A stretch of DNA of 64,000 nt from Ghiorsea sp. (GCA_027080505.1 JALWRX010000053.1:3303-67302), one strand, 5' to 3'. Shown: positions 1 through 8,910, counted from the stretch's first letter. A program made the numbers and translations. The notes: generated by a model not told the origin, from the sequence alone.

Positions 1-1007
1 TGCTCTTGTAACTGCTCAGTAATTTGATCGACATCCCGACCAATGCGTATAAACTCCATAGACCCTGAAGCTTGAATCATTTGTACCAAACTATTACGGG
101 TGAGTACCAACTCACCCACTTGATTCATCAGCTCATCAAGAAGCCCAATATCCACACGAATACTTTCATTGCTTGCTTGTCGCTTTTGTTTTACAGGGCT
201 TGCTTCACTTTTTTGCTCTGGTTGCTCAACAAGTTTACGCTGAACTGCAGGCGCAGATGAAGCTGTATCATCCTTACCCTGTGAAGCAGTTTCTACGGCT
301 TTTTCGCTTGTCTTTGTGTCTAATTTCGGGGCTTTATCTGGTTTATGTTCCGGCTCTTCTTGCATACTAACTTCAGCATCATCACCAGACTCTACTCTAG
401 CCCTAGCTATACCCAGTATTTTTAAAGCATCTGCAGGCGTTATAGATTCAAGGTTACGCAATTCAGCAAAACCTGCTGCAATCAAGCTTGAAGCCGTAGT
501 TAAATGATTTTCAACCAAGGCTGCTATCACATCATCTTCAAAACCTTCTAACCAACCTAAAGGCTCTGATGTTTGCATTTGTTTAGCTTCACGCTCACCT
601 TCATTTGATTCAACGTCTTGACCCATCACCTTTTTCTCACAAGCCTGTAAACGCATTATCAGGTCATCATGATCCAAAACTGGCTCCTGCCCTGTTTCTT
701 CCAAGCCCGTAAGCACATCTTTAATGGCATCTGCGCACTCCAAAAGCAAGGATACAATATCTTCATCCACATGATATTTAAGCTCACGAATACGACTTAA
801 TAAATTTTCCCCTGCATGGGCGACCTTTTCTAAGCGCGTTAGATTCAAGAAACCACAGCTTCCTTTTACCGTATGAATCGTACGAAAAATAGAATCCAAA
901 AGCTCTGAATCTTCTGGGGAAGCTTCTAGGTCCATAAGCTGTTGCTCAATGGACTCTAGGCTTTCATTGCTTTCGGTTAAAAATTCACCTAAGAGTTCTT
1001 CATCCAT
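1..1007 (-). CDS. cheA: Chemotaxis histidine kinase CheA, N-terminal part (runs off window start)
   Basis: Not in ORF track; translated by hand from ATG 1007 (RBS AGGAG): MDEELLGEFLTESNESL...IFRTIHTVKGSCGFL (HPt His) and SIRVDIGLLDELMNQVGELVLTRN (dimerisation domain) near the window edge. Confidence 0.93.
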   Translation of the reverse strand, partial: MDEELLGEFLTESNESLESIEQQLMDLEASPEDSELLDSIFRTIHTVKGSCGFLNLTRLEKVAHAGENLLSRIRELKYHVDEDIVSLLLECADAIKDVLTGLEETGQEPVLDHDDLIMRLQACEKKVMGQDVESNEGEREAKQMQTSEPLGWLEGFEDDVIAALVENHLTTASSLIAAGFAELRNLESITPADALKILGIARARVESGDDAEVSMQEEPEHKPDKAPKLDTKTSEKAVETASQGKDDTASSAPAVQRKLVEQPEQKSEASPVKQKRQASNESIRVDIGLLDELMNQVGELVLTRNSLVQMIQASGSMEFIRIGRDVDQITEQLQE

Positions 1008-1049
1008 CACTATTCTCCTGCGTTCATCAAAGCCAACACCAATAACATC

Positions 1050-1424
1050 TTAAAAAAGCATACCGCCAACAGTTTCAATTAAAGCTTCGGGTTGAAAAGG
1101 TTTAACCAGCCATGCTGAAATACCTGAATTGTGCCCAATCGCCTTTTTATCTTCGCCTGATTCAGTGGTGAGCATAACAATTGGTGTATGTGCATAAGCC
1201 TCTGTTTCTCTCAGCTTTTGAATCATGGTTAAACCATCCATATTGGGCATGTTTAAGTCGGTTAGAATCAAATCAAATGGTGTTTCAGCTTGGGTTGCTT
1301 TATCCAAACCTTCTTGCCCGTCTTTGGCTTCTTCCACACCAAAATCAACAGACATCAGTGTTCGTTTAACTGTAATTCTGACCATTGCCGAATCTTCAAC
1401 AATTAAAATCCGTGGACCACTCAT
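1050..1424 (-). CDS. cheY: Chemotaxis response regulator CheY
   Basis: Single REC domain: ILIVEDS, LILTDLNMPNMDG, MLTTE, WLVKPF; directly upstream of cheA; ATG overlaps the upstream stop (ATGA). Confidence 0.92.
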   Translation of the reverse strand: MSGPRILIVEDSAMVRITVKRTLMSVDFGVEEAKDGQEGLDKATQAETPFDLILTDLNMPNMDGLTMIQKLRETEAYAHTPIVMLTTESGEDKKAIGHNSGISAWLVKPFQPEALIETVGGMLF

Positions 1425-4400
1425 AACTCACCTCGCAATACAATTCGCTCTTCTTCCATCACATAACGCTTGGCAACCTCTTCTTCCCAAGCAGCTTTTT
1501 CTGTCGTGTCAGGCTGTGCATCTGCCCACTCACTTAAACATGATTTCACATTGTTTAATCGCTGACTTACCCTATCGATGTTTTGCAAGTCCGTAAGTGC
1601 TTCCATCAGCTTGGCTTCCACTTCAGGAGCCACACCCATTTCCAAAATATCCATGAGTTTTACCAAACCTTCTTCACTGCTTGTTGCCAATAGCTCCACC
1701 GAGCCTTGCACTTGTTTTTCCAATACTCGCAACAAACGTTTATCTACCTGCTTAGGCCAAATTGATTCACGCATCACTTCTCCTTCAACAGCCGTATCAA
1801 CCACTGCAACTGATTGGGTGTCATGGCTTTCTTCTTTAGTTTCCTCATCTTCTTGGACAGCTTCAGCGATTACACTTTCATCTACCACATCTTCTGCTTC
1901 ACCTTGTATCACGGTATCAACAACCATTTCTACTGTGTTTACATTTGATTCCTCTACCACTTCCACAGCTTCATTTTCGTCATTATTCAATACACCACGA
2001 CGACAAAATAAGAATGAAGCGGTTTGATGCGGCACATCCATTTCCATCACAGGTGAACCAGCCAATAGCTGCATATTACCTGCATGCCCCGAACGCAAAG
2101 GAAACACATGGTCTAAGGCATGAAACAAGCTTTTTGCATCCGTATCCTTGTCATGTTTTAAATATGCCATCAGCATCCAACCACGGCGCAATGCCTCACG
2201 ATACACCGACTCCCAACTGGGTTGTTTACCATCTTCAAGCAAATGCATGGCTTGCACATCTTCCACCAACACAGCATCACCAAGCATATTGTCCATAAAG
2301 TCATAAACATGTTTATCTTCAACAGCCTCCTCGGGATATTGCGTCTTCCTTGCTTGTGTAAGCAATTGCCTTGCCATAAATACATCATGAAAGGCATCAG
2401 GTGAGCCAACCCGCACATCCAAAAGCGGATAACGCTGACCAGCATCAACCAAGCTTTCGATATTTTCTGCCATACGTGGCAAGACCATCAACTTGGGTGG
2501 TGTCCACCATTTGACTTGTTCTTTACGAGCCGAGAGCATGGATGCCACTTCATGCAGCCAAAGCTCCAACATGGAATCCTCATTACCATCCTCCCCACTT
2601 TCAGGATAAAACATGATGACTTTACAGCCGCGAAGTTGTTTGCTTAATATCTCTGTATCCAAACCATCCCATGCATGAACCGATGCATTTAATACGCAAC
2701 TACCTTCTGCATTCACCTTATCTTCCACATCACGCAATGCGCGCATTTGTGCTGTTAGCAATGTTTCATCATGGGTGCTAAACACATGGCATGATAGCTT
2801 ATGATGTCGCTCTGCCATTTCTTCAATCATGGCGGGCAAACCGGGGTGCCATCCCAAAAACATCATGGATAAATCCCAAGTTTCAGGCCAAGTAAAGGTT
2901 TGTAATTGGTTTTCATGGGGCATAAGACCCAAATCAAAGCTTTGCTCTAAAATACCCGACCATAAAATCCTATCTCTGCCCAAAGCAACAATGCCTTCAA
3001 AAGATTCATCTTTTTTGTGTTTCACCAAGTCACTGAACAAAATAAATGTTCCATCACTTCTTCTTGCTGCCAATACATTCAGCCCCAAGCCAAAACTATT
3101 GGTTAACCAAGGTTCGAGTAGTAGCTGTTTATTTTCATGTTGAATCACAGCACCTGCACTACTGGCAGCAATTTCAAATTGCCACGACATGCTGTATAAA
3201 CCTGTTTCACCCGACACCACATCAAACATATGAATACCCAGCTCTGGCATATGGCTGCAATGATGCATTTGATACAACATACGGGCACGAATCGAAGATG
3301 AATCCACCACATGCATTGCCAATGAATGCTCATAAACTTGGGATAAACTCGCTGGTAACCGACTATCTGTAACCACCAGACCATCCGTATCTAGCTCACG
3401 TGCCAAATGATGAATATCCGCAATTTTGGCTGTATCTGGTTCATGCTGTTTTTGCATAAATACAATAAACTGGGTAATGCCTGTGAGTTTAAAACGCTCA
3501 ATCAAAGCGCGGCTTCCCGTTTGCACCTCACGTACACTTAACCAACTCCCAACTTGTGCCGCACCATCCACCACTTTATCATGAAAAATCCACACCGAAG
3601 GAAAAGAATAACGTAACCTTGCTGCCAATTGCCCAAGCTTGTGTAAAATAGGCATAGCTTGTTCGTTATACCCCATAAATAATAAATGTTCGCGTGCTGA
3701 AAGTGGGCTATTGGCAAGCTCTTCCAACATATATTTCATCACATTTGAGCCAAGGCTGACCACCAAAGCAAAGAAAAACACACCTGAAAGCACCAAAACA
3801 ACCGTCAAACCCGTCAACCAAGGCGTAAATGCCACTGTGGGTGCAGCACCTGGGTCTATCATCAAGCGAAATACAAATAACAACACTTGAAATGGTGCGT
3901 AATCTCCTGCATTCACATCCCCATCATCATTAATATCGATGTGAGGGTAAAAATACCAAATGGCAATAAACCCAATAATCATAAATGCCATAAACATGGC
4001 TGCCAACATACTACCTTCACGGCGAATTTCTGGTCTGGCGACCACTTTTTTCACCGCAAGCCAAATATTCCCCAAGGGATTGAGCATAATAAGAAAACGA
4101 GCAAGACGCAGCAGTACCCAAGTACTACTTAATGTTGGAACTAAGCCTGTCACTGCAATGGCTGCAAATATATCAGGGGCAATAAAAAAAACTTCCCATT
4201 GCCGACGTTTCCCAGCAGGTAAAACGCGGTATAAAGAATACCAACGGTAACCCGTTTCAATCAACAAAATCAGACCGATATACAAAGCTATGCTTGGCAT
4301 TGCCCAAGCAAGGGCTGCAAGCCCCACCATCACCAAAGAAAATGATAATGAAAAAACCAAAGTATCAAAGGTTAAAAAGCGGAAAACACGCAACATCCGT

Positions 4401-5074
4401 AACATATACATACCACGGAAAAGCCTTGTGATTCGCAAATAAATGCCTTGTTCCAACAAACCAGCAGGCATCAACAACGAGGCATACATACTAATCGTTG
4501 CTAGACCATCAAAAAAGAGGAAAAACAATTCCACTTTATTACGATAGCCGCTCTCCTTTTGCAACCAAAACCTAAGAATCCATTCAACAGTAAAAAATAC
4601 TGCCAAAGGCAACATCACAAACCAGTACCGCTCAAATACACACAGCCCCAAAGCAACCATCACCAACATGGCATAACGCGGGTGTGAAAAAACACGTTCG
4701 CCCAATAACAACCATTCTCGTTTGGAATGAGGGCCAGATAAGCGTGTCATCCATTGCGATACCCATGATGAGCGTTTATGTTTTAAAGCACTACTTTCAA
4801 TAGCATTTGAATGAGGTGCTGATACTTTAGCATCATCTTGAGCTTCTATATTCTTCTTAATTTCAACATGAGTTGGGCTTTGTGTATCATTACCCTCTGA
4901 TTCCACATCAGGTTTAACCTGCTCACCTTGGGTTTGCTGAGAACTTTCAGTTTCGGATTTTATTGTTTTCTCAACCATCTGATAATGCTTACAACTTGCC
5001 ATAGATAACGTGGGCTTGACCACTGCATCTAACTTCGCCATCACTGGTGGTGTCATCACAACACCACCAAGCAA
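1421..5074 (-). CDS. Multidomain putative cation channel: two voltage-sensor-like domains, CASTOR/POLLUX-like pore, two RCK-like domains, C-terminal CheZ-like module (start uncertain; ATG 5056 plausible)
   Basis: S2 FFTVEWILRFW, S3 FFDGLA, S4 LRITRLFRGMYMLRMLRVFR; second set LIETGYRW/APDIFA/LLRLARF; pore LMIDPG; RCK starts HLLFMGYN and MFLGWH; tail LQNIDRVSQRL...YVMEEER. Confidence 0.75.
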   Translation of the reverse strand: MLGGVVMTPPVMAKLDAVVKPTLSMASCKHYQMVEKTIKSETESSQQTQGEQVKPDVESEGNDTQSPTHVEIKKNIEAQDDAKVSAPHSNAIESSALKHKRSSWVSQWMTRLSGPHSKREWLLLGERVFSHPRYAMLVMVALGLCVFERYWFVMLPLAVFFTVEWILRFWLQKESGYRNKVELFFLFFDGLATISMYASLLMPAGLLEQGIYLRITRLFRGMYMLRMLRVFRFLTFDTLVFSLSFSLVMVGLAALAWAMPSIALYIGLILLIETGYRWYSLYRVLPAGKRRQWEVFFIAPDIFAAIAVTGLVPTLSSTWVLLRLARFLIMLNPLGNIWLAVKKVVARPEIRREGSMLAAMFMAFMIIGFIAIWYFYPHIDINDDGDVNAGDYAPFQVLLFVFRLMIDPGAAPTVAFTPWLTGLTVVLVLSGVFFFALVVSLGSNVMKYMLEELANSPLSAREHLLFMGYNEQAMPILHKLGQLAARLRYSFPSVWIFHDKVVDGAAQVGSWLSVREVQTGSRALIERFKLTGITQFIVFMQKQHEPDTAKIADIHHLARELDTDGLVVTDSRLPASLSQVYEHSLAMHVVDSSSIRARMLYQMHHCSHMPELGIHMFDVVSGETGLYSMSWQFEIAASSAGAVIQHENKQLLLEPWLTNSFGLGLNVLAARRSDGTFILFSDLVKHKKDESFEGIVALGRDRILWSGILEQSFDLGLMPHENQLQTFTWPETWDLSMMFLGWHPGLPAMIEEMAERHHKLSCHVFSTHDETLLTAQMRALRDVEDKVNAEGSCVLNASVHAWDGLDTEILSKQLRGCKVIMFYPESGEDGNEDSMLELWLHEVASMLSARKEQVKWWTPPKLMVLPRMAENIESLVDAGQRYPLLDVRVGSPDAFHDVFMARQLLTQARKTQYPEEAVEDKHVYDFMDNMLGDAVLVEDVQAMHLLEDGKQPSWESVYREALRRGWMLMAYLKHDKDTDAKSLFHALDHVFPLRSGHAGNMQLLAGSPVMEMDVPHQTASFLFCRRGVLNNDENEAVEVVEESNVNTVEMVVDTVIQGEAEDVVDESVIAEAVQEDEETKEESHDTQSVAVVDTAVEGEVMRESIWPKQVDKRLLRVLEKQVQGSVELLATSSEEGLVKLMDILEMGVAPEVEAKLMEALTDLQNIDRVSQRLNNVKSCLSEWADAQPDTTEKAAWEEEVAKRYVMEEERIVLRGEL

Positions 5075-5106
5075 AGGCTGCTGTTTGTCGTCTGCGCAAC
5101 ACTTGT

Positions 5107-7356
5107 CTAACGGTTGCGCAAGCTGGCTAAAAAATCAGTCACACGCCCCGATAAAGACTCTCCTTTTTGGCGAATCAATCCCGACACACTTTTCACTTCA
5201 CGGGCTGATTTACCTGTATCCTCAGCAGCTTGTCGCACATCAACAATGGCACCTGTTACACGAACAGTTGCATCCGAAGCATGGTGAACACTTTGTGAAA
5301 TTTCTTGCGTAGCTCTGCTTTGCTCATCTGCAGCCATAGCAATCGCTTCATTAATACTATTCATTTTTTGAATGGTTTGACCAATCTTTTCAATCGCTGT
5401 CGCAGCACCATGGCTTTCCTGTTGAATTGCGGATATTTGCAAAGAAATTTGCTCAGTTGCTTTGGCTGTTTGATTTGCCAATTCTTTGACTTCACCAGCA
5501 ACCACAGCAAAACCACGCCCTGCATCACCAGCTCTTGCAGCTTCAATACTTGCATTGAGTGCAAGCAAATTGGTTTGCTCTGCAATATCTGTAATCACGC
5601 CCACCACTTCACCAATTTCTTGTGATGCTTCTGATAATTTGGCTACTGTTTTATTGGTTGCCTCTGCCTCAGACACTGCTTGCGATGATATATCCACTGC
5701 ACCCTGTACCTGCTGTGTAATTTCCGAAATCGAAGAGGTAAGCTCCTCTGTTGCTGATGCCACATTAGACACATTATGGTTGGCTTCTTCAGCACCAGAA
5801 GACACACTGGTTGCTTGCCCTAAAGATTGTTCAGCCATCGCTGAAAGTGCTTCTGATGATGATTGCATTTGTGTTGCTGCAGCAATGAGCTCATCCACTG
5901 TTGACCCAATATTTGTTTCAAAGTCCTGAGCAAGTTTGGCTTGCTCTGTCACATCATTCCATGACACCATAATCGAGACCCACTCACCATCCGTATTCTT
6001 AATGGTATATGCACTAAACTCGATATTACGTCCACCAATTTCAAAAGATGCAGCCATTGGAAAAGCATGTTCATTTTTAAGAACTTTACGCTGGTGCGAT
6101 GGGTCTTTGTGGAAAATATCAATATTTTTACCTACCAACTCTGATGCAGCACATGGCAATCCACTTTCAATCCCCTGAAACAACGCAAGTGCCGCAGGAT
6201 TCATATAACTAATCACCAATGAATCCTTATCCGCAAGCATCGTGGCTTGTGGTGAAGATTCCACTACCTGCTTCAACATATTACTTTCCACAGATTGTTT
6301 TTGGAACTTAACCAGTGAATCAAGCAACTCACTAATCGCACCCTTCATGGGTGATGAAACATGACGAATCTCCCCTCTTTCTAATACATCCATTGCCTCA
6401 GTAATTTTATTAAGTGGCGTTGTAATCGTTACACCAATCCAAGACATCAAGCCCAATACAGCCAACATAGCAAAAATCAAAATACCCCAGAAAATAAAGG
6501 TTTGTGATTTTAGTAGTGTTTCATGTTTGGTTTCTAAGGCATGGATATGGCTTGCTAATAAAACATGAACTTGATCTAGAGCAGGCACCATACTTTGCGT
6601 ATAAATATGGCTAAGTTCTTTTTCGGCTCGTGTAAGGCGAAGTACCCGAGCCTGATACTCATCAAAAGTTTCTTGATAGGTTTTGATATGTTGCAAAAGA
6701 AATGCTGAATCTTGCTTACTGATATGATTCTGTTTTAAAAGCTGCTTAAAACGATGAACTTCATCATGAAGCTGCTGCACATACATGACATTCAAACGCA
6801 TCATAAAATCTTTTTCATGACGGCGAATTTGCAGCATAGAAGCCATCAGTACAGTATGCTGTAAACGTTTTAACTTGGCTTCAACAGCATGAATATGCTT
6901 GCGGAATTTACCAACCAAGCCTTTATCTTCATGAAAACCCAATGCTTCTTTATCAGGTACTGCTGCGAGAAATAACTTATCAAAACGCTGCATAGCGTCT
7001 GTAATACCTTCTAGAGAAGATGCCATCTCCTTGGTAGGTAAGACTTGCACCAATACTTCTAACTGCGTGTCATTTTCTTGGCTAAGCTCTTGCCAACGAT
7101 GTTTAGCATCTTTATCTGGCAAACGTAAGAAATTCAAAGCATTTTCTTTTTCTGCCAACATGGTGACAGTTAAAATATCTAGCTTTTCCATATTGGTACT
7201 GGATGTTGTATATTGCTCAACCACGTCTTCAATAGCATTTAAGGTATGATTATGTGCCAAACCTGCGATTAACATACCCATCACCGCCACACCACCAATC
7301 AAACGCAGGCGACCAACTATCGTAAGCTCTTCAAACCAAGTTTTAATATTATGCAT
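5107..7356 (-). CDS. Methyl-accepting chemotaxis protein with periplasmic helical sensor, HAMP and Aer2-type PAS domain
   Basis: Two TM segments; MLQIRRHEKDF periplasmic motif; PAS NIDIFHKDPSHQR...VSWNDVT; signalling hairpin IAEQTNLLALNASIEAARAGDAGRGFAVVAGEVKELA. Confidence 0.92.
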   Translation of the reverse strand: MHNIKTWFEELTIVGRLRLIGGVAVMGMLIAGLAHNHTLNAIEDVVEQYTTSSTNMEKLDILTVTMLAEKENALNFLRLPDKDAKHRWQELSQENDTQLEVLVQVLPTKEMASSLEGITDAMQRFDKLFLAAVPDKEALGFHEDKGLVGKFRKHIHAVEAKLKRLQHTVLMASMLQIRRHEKDFMMRLNVMYVQQLHDEVHRFKQLLKQNHISKQDSAFLLQHIKTYQETFDEYQARVLRLTRAEKELSHIYTQSMVPALDQVHVLLASHIHALETKHETLLKSQTFIFWGILIFAMLAVLGLMSWIGVTITTPLNKITEAMDVLERGEIRHVSSPMKGAISELLDSLVKFQKQSVESNMLKQVVESSPQATMLADKDSLVISYMNPAALALFQGIESGLPCAASELVGKNIDIFHKDPSHQRKVLKNEHAFPMAASFEIGGRNIEFSAYTIKNTDGEWVSIMVSWNDVTEQAKLAQDFETNIGSTVDELIAAATQMQSSSEALSAMAEQSLGQATSVSSGAEEANHNVSNVASATEELTSSISEITQQVQGAVDISSQAVSEAEATNKTVAKLSEASQEIGEVVGVITDIAEQTNLLALNASIEAARAGDAGRGFAVVAGEVKELANQTAKATEQISLQISAIQQESHGAATAIEKIGQTIQKMNSINEAIAMAADEQSRATQEISQSVHHASDATVRVTGAIVDVRQAAEDTGKSAREVKSVSGLIRQKGESLSGRVTDFLASLRNR

Positions 7357-7441
7357 GTTTTACTCCAGGTCTTTGATTACCATTCAATTTGCTTATATGC
7401 TTAAAGTGCAAGTAGCAAAAGCAATGCCATTTCTTTTAGAC

Positions 7442-8086
7442 TTAGGCTAGAATCACACCATGACGAATCGCCAGGCGTGTAATGCCTGATAGATTATCCA
7501 CATCTAATTTTTTCATAATGTGCGTGCGATGTACCCCAACTGTTTTAGGGCTTAAGTTAAGTGAGCAAGAAATATCTTTCACTGAAGCGCCATCCGCTAA
7601 GGCTGCAAACACTTCAAACTCACGTGGGCTCAAAATATCAAGCGGGTCTTGCTCTCCAGATATATTGGACATGACCAAATCTTGTGCTAAAGAAGGTTCA
7701 ATATAAGCGCGCCCTTTATCCACCAAACGCACGGCTTTAATCAATTCATCAGGCTCTGCACGCTTGGTCAAATAACCCTTCATTCCTAGCTTAATTGCGC
7801 GTGCAGCAAATGTTTTGCTTTCATGCATGGATAATATCATCAGTTTGGCACTGGGATTGTATTCCAAAATATGACGTGCTGTGGCAATGCCACCCATACC
7901 AGGCATACTAATATCTAAAATAACAACATCAGGTTGCTGCTTGCGATAAATGCTAAATGCCTCTTCGCCAGTCTCCGCTTCAAAAGGAACTTCAATATCA
8001 GGCACACTTTCCAAAAGCTGCTTAAACCCCATGCGCACCATGGGATGGTCATCACAAAGCAGCACTTTGATGGCGTGAATAGCCAT
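7442..8086 (-). CDS. NarL/LuxR-family (UvrY-like) response regulator
   Basis: REC (LCDDHPMVR, VILDISMPG) plus LuxR HTH (LSPREFEV...LNLSPKTVGVHR). Confidence 0.92.
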   Translation of the reverse strand: MAIHAIKVLLCDDHPMVRMGFKQLLESVPDIEVPFEAETGEEAFSIYRKQQPDVVILDISMPGMGGIATARHILEYNPSAKLMILSMHESKTFAARAIKLGMKGYLTKRAEPDELIKAVRLVDKGRAYIEPSLAQDLVMSNISGEQDPLDILSPREFEVFAALADGASVKDISCSLNLSPKTVGVHRTHIMKKLDVDNLSGITRLAIRHGVILA

Positions 8087-8758
8087 TTAGTCTTCCAAAG
8101 GGAATGAACAAGATAATTTCACACCATCATCAAGGTTTTTAAATACCAAATCTCCATGCCAAGCTTGAACACGATGTTGAATGCCCAACAGACCAATACC
8201 TGATGATTGATGACGAATTAAAACATCCAAATCACTATCAAGTTGTGTACCATTATTGTATACAAATACTTGCAAAATATTAGCACTGGCATTCAATTGA
8301 ACTTCTGCTTCTGTTGCTTGACCATGACGAACAGCATTGGTTAATGCTTCCTGAATAATGCGATATACAGCCAGTTGTAAGTCCTTGGGCAAGGCATCCA
8401 AATCACCCATCACATCCAAATGGCACTGCAACCCCATATATTCTTGCGCAAAAGCCATCAAATCTTGTAACGCATCAAACAAGCCAAACTTATCCAAAAT
8501 ACTAGGATGCAAACGGTGAAGCAGCCTGTGCATACTGGTGTGTATTTGATTCGTCAATGAAACGATACTTTCAGCGACAGGGTGGGTTTGTCTGCCTTCA
8601 CTTTGTCTGTGCATTAACTGTGCTGCTGTGCGAATTGCTGTTAAATTTTGACCAATTTCATTGTGTAATTCAAAAGCAATGTCTCGCCGCTCATTTTCAA
8701 TAAGCATAAGATTCTGACGTATCAGTGTATCATTTTCTAATGAATGCTTCATATTCAT
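8087..8758 (-). CDS. Cytoplasmic HisKA_3 (NarX/UhpB-type) histidine kinase lacking a sensor domain
   Basis: ERRDIAFELHNEIGQNL H-box, YRIIQEALTNAVRH N-box, GIGLLGI G-box; only about 20 residues precede the H-box helix. Confidence 0.85.
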   Translation of the reverse strand: MNMKHSLENDTLIRQNLMLIENERRDIAFELHNEIGQNLTAIRTAAQLMHRQSEGRQTHPVAESIVSLTNQIHTSMHRLLHRLHPSILDKFGLFDALQDLMAFAQEYMGLQCHLDVMGDLDALPKDLQLAVYRIIQEALTNAVRHGQATEAEVQLNASANILQVFVYNNGTQLDSDLDVLIRHQSSGIGLLGIQHRVQAWHGDLVFKNLDDGVKLSCSFPLED

Positions 8759-8910
8759 AAATCCTTAATCACTTATTTTTATTGAAAGGCTAGCGTTTAA
8801 GGTGCCAATACACCTTAAGGCAAAAATCAAGCCTAGCTAAACAAGATGAAAGCAACACTTGTGCCGAAGTACCTTACGCCATATAATCGGGAAAAAAGGA
8901 GTGTGTATTT

